Origin: Actinomycetota bacterium
GTDB lineage: Bacteria; Actinomycetota; UBA4738; HRBIN12
Reading direction: 5' to 3'
Assembly: GCA_035573935.1 (NCBI GenBank)
Contig: DATLZP010000115.1
Span: 1-30,746 of the forward strand
DNA: 30,746 nucleotides
In this document: one piece after another, positions 23,611 to 30,746 of the stretch
Position numbering within the stretch: the first letter of the stretch is position 1
How the letters are laid out: every line of letters starts with the position of its first letter
Made by a program: the position numbers and the translations under genes
Notes under the pieces: model-generated
Databases searched by the model: none
What the model saw: the letters and a program-made list of their open reading frames with translations, nothing else
Told to the model about the DNA's origin: nothing

Positions 23611-25964
23611 CACCGTCCCTCCGATCGTCCGGCCGGATCGCCCGCCCCGGCCGACATGGCCCCGGGGGCCAGATGGTACGGCACGCTCGTCACCACCACC
23701 CGCGGCTCGAACAGGAGGAGGCGCTTGAAGTAGAACGCCGTCTGGTTGTGGAGCAGCTGCTCCCACCAGCGGTCCACGACGAACTCCGGGAGCACGACCG
23801 TGACGATCGTGTCCCCCCGACCGGTGTGGGACCGGATCTCCTCCAGGAGCGGCGGCCCCAGGTCCCGGAACGGGGCCTCCACCAGGGCGAGCGGGACGTC
23901 GATCCGGCGCCGGTGCCACTCCTCGACCAGGGGCCCCGCCTCCTCCGGGTCGGTGACGAAGGAGACGGCCTCCAGCACGGCGGGCCGGAGCGACTTCGCG
24001 TAGATCAGGGCCCGGGCCGTGGCGTCGTGGACCGCGGCGACCGGGACCAGCACGACGCTCCGTCTGGGCTCCACCGGGTGCCGGAGGTGGGCCGCGGCCT
24101 CCGCCACCTCCTGCGGGAGGAGGGGGACGTTCGTCACGACCACGCCGGGCTCGAAGAGCAGGGACGTCTTCAGGACGAGCGCCCGCCGGGCACCGAGGGG
24201 GGCGAGGAGGCTCCGTCCCGGGATCTCCTCGGGGATCACGACCGTGATGAAGTCGTCGGGCCGGCGGGGGATCGAGCGCAGGTAGGCCCGGAGGGCACGG
24301 ACCGGGTGCTCGGCGGCCCCCGGGAGCGGCTCCAGCGGCCCCAGGCGAGGGACGGAGGCCGCCCAGGCCTCCGCGTGCTCCCCGAAGCGGTCGGAGGGAC
24401 CCACGTACAGGGGGACCACCCGCTCCGGGCGCACCGCCAGGAGGTAGGCGACGGCGTCGGCGGTGGCCGGCCCCACGTCCTGCACCAGGAGGACGAACGT
24501 GTTGGCGGCCTCCGCGGTGGCGGAGAGCTGCCTGGCCCGGAGGAGGCGCCCGATCCGCTCGTAGTGCCGCTGCACGGCGACGAAGAACGACACGATCACG
24601 GGGATGGCCGCGATCACGATCCAGGCCCCCCGGGTGAACTTCGTGATCGTCACGATGACGAGGACGATCCCGGTGACGACGGCGCCCACCCCGTTGATCA
24701 CCGCGCTCCGCCTCCACCCCTCGGTGCGCTGGCGGAGCCACCGGCGCACCATCCCGGCCTGGGAGAGCGTGAACGCGGTGAACACGCCCACCACGTACAG
24801 CTGGATCAGGCGCGTGAGCTCCGCGTCGAACGCCCAGATGAGGAGGATGGCCAGCAGGGCCAGGGCGATCACCCCGTTGGAGAAGACCAGCCGGTCGCCC
24901 CGGTTCCGGAACTGGGCCGGCATGAACCGGTCACGGGCCAGGATCGACGACAGCCGGGGGAAGTCCTGGTAGGCGGTGTTCGCGGCCAGCACGAGGATCC
25001 CGGCCGTCGTGGCCTGGAGCGCCGCGAAGAGGGGACCGCCGCCGAAGACGGTCTCTCCGATCTGGGCCAAGACGGACGTGTGGAGGGCGATCTCCTCGTT
25101 CGTCCGGACGTGGAGGGCCTGCGCCAGCCAGGTGATGCCGAGGAACATCGTGACGCTCATCGCGCCCATGATGGCGAGGGTCGCCGCGGCGTTCCTCGCC
25201 TGGGGTCGGCGGAAGGCGCCCACCCCGTCGGCGATCGCCTCCACGCCCGTCAGGGCGGTGGATCCCGAGGCGAAGGCCCGAAGCACGAGGAACGCCGTGA
25301 GGGGGGCCTCGGCGGCGAGCGGGAGGTCGGCGGTCTCGGCCAGGGGACAGCCCCCGAGGCACCGGGCCAAGCCGGTGAGGAGCGTGATCCCCACCATGGC
25401 CACGAACCCGTACGTGGGGACGGCGAACAGCATCCCCGCTTCCCTCACCCCTCGGAGGTTGGCCAACGAGACGAGCCCCACCAGGGCCACCGCCATCGCC
25501 ACCCGGTGCTCGGCCAGGCCGGGGAGCGCGGAGGTGATGGCGATCGTCCCCGCCGTGATGGAGACGGCGACGGTGAGGACGTAGTCGGAGAGGATGGCGG
25601 CGGCCGCCACGAGCCCCGGGACCGTGCCCAGGTTCTCCCGGGCCACGATGTACGAGCCGCCGCCACGGGGGTAGGCCCGGACCGTCTGCCGGTAGGACGT
25701 GACCACCACCAGGAGCAGCGCGGCGATGGCCAGGGCGATCGGCAGCTTGAGGGAGAGGGCCCCCGCCCCGGCCAGCACCAGGACGAGCATCATCTCCTCG
25801 GTGGCGTAGGCGTTCGACGACAGGGGGTCGGAGGAGAAGACGGGGAGGGCGAGGAACTTCGGCAGGAGCTGGTGCTCCTGCTTGTGGGTGGCGAGGGCCC
25901 GCCCCACCAGGAGGCGCTTCACCAGCTCCCGCACGGGGGGGCGTCCGCGGAGGGTCGTGGCCAC
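23610..25964 (-). CDS. APC-superfamily KimA/YdaO-like K+/H+ symporter with a tandemly duplicated cytosolic domain (784 aa)
   Basis: TM1 FSSDPLSSNAY and TM6 ALTGVEAIADG match the KimA K+- and proton-site motifs; ANTAYQDFPRL; two copies of the C-terminal domain. Confidence 0.85.
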   Translation of the reverse strand: MATTLRGRPPVRELVKRLLVGRALATHKQEHQLLPKFLALPVFSSDPLSSNAYATEEMMLVLVLAGAGALSLKLPIALAIAALLLVVVTSYRQTVRAYPRGGGSYIVARENLGTVPGLVAAAAILSDYVLTVAVSITAGTIAITSALPGLAEHRVAMAVALVGLVSLANLRGVREAGMLFAVPTYGFVAMVGITLLTGLARCLGGCPLAETADLPLAAEAPLTAFLVLRAFASGSTALTGVEAIADGVGAFRRPQARNAAATLAIMGAMSVTMFLGITWLAQALHVRTNEEIALHTSVLAQIGETVFGGGPLFAALQATTAGILVLAANTAYQDFPRLSSILARDRFMPAQFRNRGDRLVFSNGVIALALLAILLIWAFDAELTRLIQLYVVGVFTAFTLSQAGMVRRWLRQRTEGWRRSAVINGVGAVVTGIVLVIVTITKFTRGAWIVIAAIPVIVSFFVAVQRHYERIGRLLRARQLSATAEAANTFVLLVQDVGPATADAVAYLLAVRPERVVPLYVGPSDRFGEHAEAWAASVPRLGPLEPLPGAAEHPVRALRAYLRSIPRRPDDFITVVIPEEIPGRSLLAPLGARRALVLKTSLLFEPGVVVTNVPLLPQEVAEAAAHLRHPVEPRRSVVLVPVAAVHDATARALIYAKSLRPAVLEAVSFVTDPEEAGPLVEEWHRRRIDVPLALVEAPFRDLGPPLLEEIRSHTGRGDTIVTVVLPEFVVDRWWEQLLHNQTAFYFKRLLLFEPRVVVTSVPYHLAPGAMSAGAGDPAGRSEGR

Positions 25965-25972
25965 GGCTCCGG

Positions 25973-25978
25973 AGCCTA
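25973..25978 (-). promoter_or_regulatory. -10 TAGGCT, probable leaderless or very short-leader promoter of the KimA-like gene
   Basis: TANNNT 8 nt before GTG 25964. Confidence 0.55.
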
Positions 25979-26037
25979 GCGTCGGCGGTGGAGAGGGTCG
26001 AGGCAGGGATGGGGCGCGCGCCCGGGGCGGGTCGCGC

Positions 26038-26043
26038 TACGCT
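26038..26043 (+). promoter_or_regulatory. -10 TACGCT, probable leaderless or very short-leader promoter of the trkA pair
   Basis: TANNNT 8 nt before ATG 26052, with no SD. Confidence 0.55.
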
Positions 26044-26051
26044 TACCACCC

Positions 26052-26711
26052 ATGCGGGTGGTCATCATGGGCTGCGGGCGGGTGGGCGCCCTCCTCACCG
26101 TTGAGCTGGCCACCGCCGGGCACGAGGTCACGATCATCGACAAGCGGCCCGAGGCCTTCGACCGCCTCCCCCCTGGGTTCGAGGCCAGGACCGTGGTGGG
26201 CCTGGGATTCGACCGGGAGGTCCTGGAGGAGGCCGGGATCAAGGACGCGGACGCGTTCGTCGCCGTCTCGAGCGGGGACAACTCCAACATCGTCTCGGCC
26301 CGGGTGGCCCGGGAGCACTACCACGTGCCCGCGGTGATCGCCCGGATCTTCGACCCCCGACGGGCCGAGATCTACGAGCGCCTGAACATCCCCACGGTGG
26401 CGAGCGTCCGGTGGGCCGTGAAGCAGATCGTCGCCATGCTCTTCCACGCCCGGGAGGAGATCAAGGAGACGCTGGCGGGCGGGGACCTGTTCCGGATGCG
26501 CGTCCGGGTCCCTCCCCACCTGGTGGGGAAGAAGGTGCGGGCGATGGAGGCGGAGGGCAGGATCCTGGTGGGCGGCGTGGACCGGGGGGGGCACGGCTTC
26601 ATCCCCGACGCGTCCAGCACGTTCCAGGAGGGCGACTACGCGCAGCTGTTCGTCCATCGGGACGCCCTCGACCTCCTGGACGAGCTCCTCGAGCCGCTGG
26701 CCGAGCACTGA
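26052..26711 (+). CDS. trkA: TrkA-family RCK (TrkA_N + TrkA_C) potassium uptake regulator 1
   Basis: VIMGCGRVG Rossmann motif, VIIDK, EAGIKDADAFVAV, GDNSNI, VIARIFDP. Confidence 0.93.
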   Translation: MRVVIMGCGRVGALLTVELATAGHEVTIIDKRPEAFDRLPPGFEARTVVGLGFDREVLEEAGIKDADAFVAVSSGDNSNIVSARVAREHYHVPAVIARIFDPRRAEIYERLNIPTVASVRWAVKQIVAMLFHAREEIKETLAGGDLFRMRVRVPPHLVGKKVRAMEAEGRILVGGVDRGGHGFIPDASSTFQEGDYAQLFVHRDALDLLDELLEPLAEH

Positions 26712-26721
26712 GGGGGGCGGC

Positions 26722-27438
26722 GTGCGGGTCGTGATCAGCGGCGCCGGGGCGGTGGGGCGGCATCTGGCGGCGGACCTCGCCGAGCGGGGCCACGCCGTCA
26801 CCGTGATCGAGCAGGACCCGGCCACCGTGGAGCGCCTGCAGGGGTGGACCGACAAGGTGACGGTCGTGCTGGGCGACGCCTGCGAGCCGTGGGTGCTGGA
26901 GAAGGCCGACCTGGGGACGGCGGACGTCCTCGTGGCCGCGACCGGGGATGACGAGGACAACCTCGTGACCTCGCTCCTGGCGAAGCAGGAGTTCGGGGTC
27001 CCTCGGGTCCTGGCCCGCGTGAACCACCCCCGGAACGAGTGGCTGTTCAACGAGCAGTGGGGGGTGGACGCCGCCGTCTCGCCCCCCCACATCCTCACGG
27101 CCATGGTGGAGGAGGCCGTCACGGTCGGCGACCTGGTCCGCCTGATGCGCCTGGAGGGCGGCCGGATCGCCATCGTCGAGATGACGCTCCCCGCGGAGTC
27201 GCCCAACGCCGGACGCCCGCTGTACGAGCTCCGGCTGCCGCCGGATTCCGCGATCGTGGCCATCCTCCGGGAGGGGCACGTCGTGATCCCCCAGCCCGAG
27301 ACGGTCCTCACCGCGGGGGACGAGGTCGTCGCGCTCTCCGGGCCCGAGAGCGAGGCCGCGCTGCGGATGGCGGTCGTGGGGGAGGGGGCACCGGGCGCCG
27401 CGCCCCCCGGCCCGGACGAGGGAACCGCCTCCATCTAG
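26722..27438 (+). CDS. trkA: TrkA-family RCK potassium uptake regulator 2
   Basis: VISGAGAVG, GDACEP, ATGDDEDNL, ARVNHPRN, AILREG, VLTAGDEVV. Confidence 0.93.
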   Translation: MRVVISGAGAVGRHLAADLAERGHAVTVIEQDPATVERLQGWTDKVTVVLGDACEPWVLEKADLGTADVLVAATGDDEDNLVTSLLAKQEFGVPRVLARVNHPRNEWLFNEQWGVDAAVSPPHILTAMVEEAVTVGDLVRLMRLEGGRIAIVEMTLPAESPNAGRPLYELRLPPDSAIVAILREGHVVIPQPETVLTAGDEVVALSGPESEAALRMAVVGEGAPGAAPPGPDEGTASI

Positions 27439-27452
27439 CTCCGGACGAACCT

Positions 27453-27510
27453 CGGCCCCCTCCGCGGAGGGGGCCGTCGGTTCCTTCGGTCCGCCGGGGA
27501 CGCGCCCCGG
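27453..27510. terminator. Perfect 24-bp palindrome plus a second hairpin between convergent genes
   Basis: CGGCCCCCTCCGCGGAGGGGGCCG (27453-27476), extendable by GAACC/GGTTC; CCGGGG-ACGCG-CCCCGG (27494-27510). Confidence 0.65.
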
Positions 27511-27515
27511 AGGCT

Positions 27516-27971
27516 TCATCCGTCGCCGGGATGCCCGTTCCCGGGGTGGTCGCCGCCCGGGCCGTGACCCGGGGAGCCGTGGCCGGACGAGCCGGCTTCG
27601 CCGGCAGCGGCCTCGGCCTTCGCCGCCAGGAGGGCGGCCGCGCGCGCCAGCCCGGCGTTCGGGTGGTCCTCCAGGTTCGCCCCCACCCGGCAGGCCGCGT
27701 TCTCCAGGCCGGTCTTCCCCTCGCACGCGGCGAACCGCTCGCTGCCGGACGTGCGCTCTCCCTCCCCGCCCTCCTCCACGACGGTCGGGGACGCGGAGGG
27801 GCTCGGCGACGGGGACACCTCGGGCGTCGGCGAGGGCGATGCGGGGGGCGAGATCGTGACCTCCGGGGTCACCGTCGGTTCGGGCCCCTCGCCGCCGGGG
27901 GCGGCGCTCGCCACGGCGGCGGCGACGGCCGCCACCACGAGCGCCGAGAGCAGGGAACGGATGAGCTTCAT
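27516..27971 (-). CDS. Secreted hypothetical protein (151 aa): signal peptide, Pro/Ser/Thr linker, two-Cys core, Gly/His-rich tail
   Basis: MKLIRSLLSALVVAAVAAAVASA-APG..., SPSPTPEVSPSPSPS, CEGKTGLENAAC, GHGSPGHGPGGDHPGNGHPG; start at ATG 27971 inside track ORF 27516..28178. Confidence 0.75.
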   Translation of the reverse strand: MKLIRSLLSALVVAAVAAAVASAAPGGEGPEPTVTPEVTISPPASPSPTPEVSPSPSPSASPTVVEEGGEGERTSGSERFAACEGKTGLENAACRVGANLEDHPNAGLARAAALLAAKAEAAAGEAGSSGHGSPGHGPGGDHPGNGHPGDG

Positions 27972-27978
27972 GGAGGAC

Positions 27979-28007
27979 GTATCGGCCGCTCGGGCCCGGA
28001 CCTTGAG
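27979..28007 (-). promoter_or_regulatory. Sigma28 (FliA/WhiG)-like promoter CTCA-N17-GCCGATAC
   Basis: CTCA at 28007-28004; GCCGATAC at 27986-27979, 7 nt before ATG 27971. Confidence 0.4.
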
Positions 28008-28054
28008 CCCCGGCCCACGCCGACATGGCCCGCCCGGACCACCCCGGGCCGCCC

Positions 28055-28414
28055 TCAGGCGGCGAACTCGAAGGAGGGGTTCACCATCTTCCGGCCGCCC
28101 CGCTGTTCGGCCACCACGCCCTCCACGATGACGCGGGTCCCGAGCGAGAGCCCCGGGATCTGGCGCCTGCCCATCCACACCACGGCGATCTCGCCGGTGC
28201 CGTCGGTGATCAGCGCCTCGAGCGATTCGAAGCCCTCGACCGGGCGGAGCGTGATCCGCTTGACGATCCCGGCCAGCTTCACCCGGCGCCGGAGGGGGGC
28301 GAAGCGGATCGGCACCGCGCCGGGCACCGTCGTCGCCCAGGCCCGGATCTCCTCCGCGAGGCGCTCCTCGTCGGACTCGGCGAGCCGACGGAGGAGGCGC
28401 CGGACCGCGTCCAT
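28055..28414 (-). CDS. Small OB-fold nucleic-acid-binding protein (RecG-wedge-like)
   Basis: VKLAGIVKRI...LEALITDGTGEIAVVWMGRRQIPGLSLGTRVIVEGVV...MVNPSFE. Confidence 0.85.
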   Translation of the reverse strand: MDAVRRLLRRLAESDEERLAEEIRAWATTVPGAVPIRFAPLRRRVKLAGIVKRITLRPVEGFESLEALITDGTGEIAVVWMGRRQIPGLSLGTRVIVEGVVAEQRGGRKMVNPSFEFAA

Positions 28415-28421
28415 GGAGGGG

Positions 28422-30680
28422 TCAGGGGACCGGCGCCGTCTCCCGGGAGGGCTCGGGCGCCACGAGCGCCTGGGCCCGCCGCGACTTCGAGTACCAGATC
28501 GCCGCGGCCAGCACGACGGCGGCCGCCGCCGCCACCGCCACCCGGACCGCCGTGTCGTCCGCGAACTCCACGACCAGCGGGGCGATCAGGAGGGCCACCA
28601 GGTTCATCACCTTGATCAGCGGGTTGAGGGCGGGACCGGCGGTGTCCTTGAACGGGTCGCCGACCGTGTCCCCGATGACCGCGGCCTTGTGCTGGTCGCT
28701 CCCCTTGCCGCCGAAGTGCCCCTCCTCGATGAACTTCTTCGCGTTGTCCCACGAGCCGCCGGAGTTGGCGAGCATCACGGCGAGGAGCTGGCCGGTGAGG
28801 ATGGCGCCGGCCAGGAACGCCCCGAGCGCCTCCGCCTCGAAGAGGAACCCCACGACGATCGGGGACAGCACGGCCAGGAGCCCCGGGGTCATGAGCTCCC
28901 GCAGCGAGGTCCGCGTGCAGATGTCCACGACCCGCGCGTAGTCCGGCTTCTCCTTGAAGTCCATGATCCCCGGGTGCCGGCGGAACTGGTCCCGTACCTC
29001 CACCACGACCTGGGAGGCGGCCCTCCCCACGGCCCGGATGGCGAGCGAGGAGAACAGGAAGGCCACGGACCCCCCCACGAGCAGCCCCACCAGGACCTGC
29101 GGCTGGTCCACCCGGATCCCCAGGAACCGGAACCCCGCTTCCTTGAGGGCCTCCTCGAACGACCCGAACAGCGAGGTCGCGGCGAGGACCGCGGTGGCGA
29201 TGGCCATGCCCTTCGTGATGGCCTTCGTCGAGTTGCCCACCGCGTCCAGGCCCCCCAGGATCTCGGCCGGCCGGCCCTCGAACTCCCCCGACATCTCGGC
29301 GATCCCCTGGGCGTTGTCCGAGACCGGACCGTACGTGTCCATCGAGACCACGACCCCCACGGTCGTGAGCATCCCCATCCCGGTGAGCGAGATGAAGTAC
29401 AGCCGCTCCGCGGTCGAATCCCCGAGCAGGAAGGCCGCGATCACCGACCCCGCGATCACGAGCACCGACCACACCGTGGACTCCAGCCCCACCGAGAACC
29501 CGGAGAGGATCGTGGTGGCCGGGCCGGTGACCGTGGACTCCGCGATCTCCTGCACCGGCCGGTACTTCGTGTCGGTGAAGTACTGCGTGAGGATCTGGAT
29601 CACCGAGGCCAGGACCAGGCCGAACAGCACGGCCCACGCCGGCCGGAGGTCGCGCATGTACACCTGGGAGACCGCGAACACCGCGATCGCCGACAGCCCG
29701 GCCGACAGGAAGAAGCCGCGGTTGATCGCCTTCATCCCGTGCTCGGTCTCGCTCCGGGGCGTCACCCCCAGGATGCCCACGATCGACGTGATCACGCCGA
29801 TCGCCCGGACGAAGAGGGGGAACATGACGCCGGCGATCGCGCCCACCTCGCTGTCGGCGAAGGCCGCCGCCCCCAGGATCAGCGAGGCGACCAGCGTGAC
29901 CTCGTAGGACTCGAACAGGTCGGCCGCCATCCCCGCGCAATCGCCGACGTTGTCCCCCACGTTGTCGGCGATCGTGGCCGCGTTGCGGGGATCGTCCTCC
30001 GGGATCCCCTGCTCGACCTTGCCGACGAGGTCCGCGCCGACGTCGGCGGCCTTCGTGTAGATGCCCCCGCCGACCCGCATGAACATCGCGAGGAGGGCAC
30101 CGCCGAACCCGAAGCCGACCAGCACGCTCGTGGCGTCCTGCTCGTAGATCAGGAGGATCGCGGTCGCCCCGAACAGGCCGAGGCCCACCGTGAACATCCC
30201 GGCCACGCCGCCCGCCCGGAACGCGATCCGGAGGGCCCGGCGGAGGCCCGTCTCCCGGGCGGCGTTCGCCGTCCGCACGTTGGCCCGGACCGCGAGCCAC
30301 ATCCCCGCGTAGCCCGTCACCGCGCTGAACCCGGCCCCCAGGATGAACGCGAGCGAGCGGCCGGCCCGGATGAACAGGTCGCCGTGCGCGGCGTTCGCGG
30401 GGACCGGCAGCAGGAAGAAGATGGCCACCGTGAGCAGCGCGAGGAAGATGCCCAGGGTGCGGAACTGCCGGTTCAGGTAGGCCCGGGCGCCCTCCTGGAT
30501 GGCCCGGGCGATCTCCCGCATCCGCTCCGTCCCCTCGGGGGCGGCGAGCACCTCGCGGACGAGGGAGTAGGCGAAGGCCAGAGCCAGGACCGAGATGACC
30601 AGGATCACCCAGAGCGCGTTCCGCTCGAACGCGCCGAAGACGGCCTCGATCGCGCCGCCCTCTTGGGCCAGGACGTGCAT
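28422..30680 (-). CDS. hppA: Membrane-bound proton-translocating pyrophosphatase, K+-independent type
   Basis: GGIYTKAADVGADLVGKVEQGIPEDDPRN, DNVGDNVGD, GNSTKAITKG (Lys/Thr signature), WDNAKK, GDTVGDPFKDTAGP; SD GAGGAGG. Confidence 0.96.
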   Translation of the reverse strand: MHVLAQEGGAIEAVFGAFERNALWVILVISVLALAFAYSLVREVLAAPEGTERMREIARAIQEGARAYLNRQFRTLGIFLALLTVAIFFLLPVPANAAHGDLFIRAGRSLAFILGAGFSAVTGYAGMWLAVRANVRTANAARETGLRRALRIAFRAGGVAGMFTVGLGLFGATAILLIYEQDATSVLVGFGFGGALLAMFMRVGGGIYTKAADVGADLVGKVEQGIPEDDPRNAATIADNVGDNVGDCAGMAADLFESYEVTLVASLILGAAAFADSEVGAIAGVMFPLFVRAIGVITSIVGILGVTPRSETEHGMKAINRGFFLSAGLSAIAVFAVSQVYMRDLRPAWAVLFGLVLASVIQILTQYFTDTKYRPVQEIAESTVTGPATTILSGFSVGLESTVWSVLVIAGSVIAAFLLGDSTAERLYFISLTGMGMLTTVGVVVSMDTYGPVSDNAQGIAEMSGEFEGRPAEILGGLDAVGNSTKAITKGMAIATAVLAATSLFGSFEEALKEAGFRFLGIRVDQPQVLVGLLVGGSVAFLFSSLAIRAVGRAASQVVVEVRDQFRRHPGIMDFKEKPDYARVVDICTRTSLRELMTPGLLAVLSPIVVGFLFEAEALGAFLAGAILTGQLLAVMLANSGGSWDNAKKFIEEGHFGGKGSDQHKAAVIGDTVGDPFKDTAGPALNPLIKVMNLVALLIAPLVVEFADDTAVRVAVAAAAAVVLAAAIWYSKSRRAQALVAPEPSRETAPVP

Positions 30681-30733
30681 GGAACCCTCCTCGGACGAAG
30701 TCGCAGGTCGGGACGGGAGCCCGCGGGAGGCCC

Positions 30734-30739
30734 ATGATA
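30734..30739 (-). promoter_or_regulatory. -10 TATCAT of hppA
   Basis: TANNNT about 54 nt upstream of ATG 30680; the -35 region lies outside the window. Confidence 0.55.
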
Positions 30740-30746
30740 GCTCGAC

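Noticed and set aside
25965-26051. ydaO/c-di-AMP riboswitch upstream of the KimA-like gene
   Set aside because: The intergenic gap is only 87 bp and the -10 is 8 nt from the start, leaving no room for a leader.
28422-30680. Na+-translocating, K+-dependent PPase
   Set aside because: The signature is GNSTKAITKG (Lys/Thr), not GNxxAAxGKG.
27039-30737. Very long alternative ORFs (27039..30737 +, 7005..8798 -, 8486..10819 -, 10492..13020 -, 23673..25979 +, 1287..3254 + and others)
   Set aside because: These are antisense or off-frame shadows of real genes. They are Arg/Gly/Pro-rich with no motifs, as expected when stop codons are rare at high GC.
1-30746. Mobile element or prophage explaining the island
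   Set aside because: No integrase, transposase, terminal inverted repeats or phage genes were seen, and GC is broadly uniform apart from the HK3 5' region.

Overview
High-GC window from a bacterium that looks like a deep-branching actinomycete; the taxonomy is inferred from the topA-(MFS)tmk-holB and APC/KimA-trkA-trkA-OB-fold gene orders and from leaderless TANNNT promoters. The left half (about 1-15.7 kb) is a dense signalling island. It holds five tandem, translationally coupled membrane sensor kinases (TM-GAF-HisKA_3-HATPase). One lacks the phospho-His, one carries a +1 G frameshift, and two share a near-identical DHp-coding segment. The kinases are flanked by three receiver proteins (a NarL-type regulator, a paralogous REC-HTH-adenylate cyclase fusion, and a single-domain REC), two universal stress proteins and a membrane-cupredoxin fusion. 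The right half is core genome: holB, MFS-tmk fusion, Zn-ribbon topA, dedA, yihY, an HD hydrolase, a KimA-like K+ transporter with a duplicated cytosolic domain, two trkA genes, a secreted Pro/Ser-rich protein, an OB-fold protein and a K+-independent H+-pyrophosphatase. No rRNA, tRNA, CRISPR array, integrase or transposase was seen. All calls rest on hand-read motifs; no database searches or folding programs were run.
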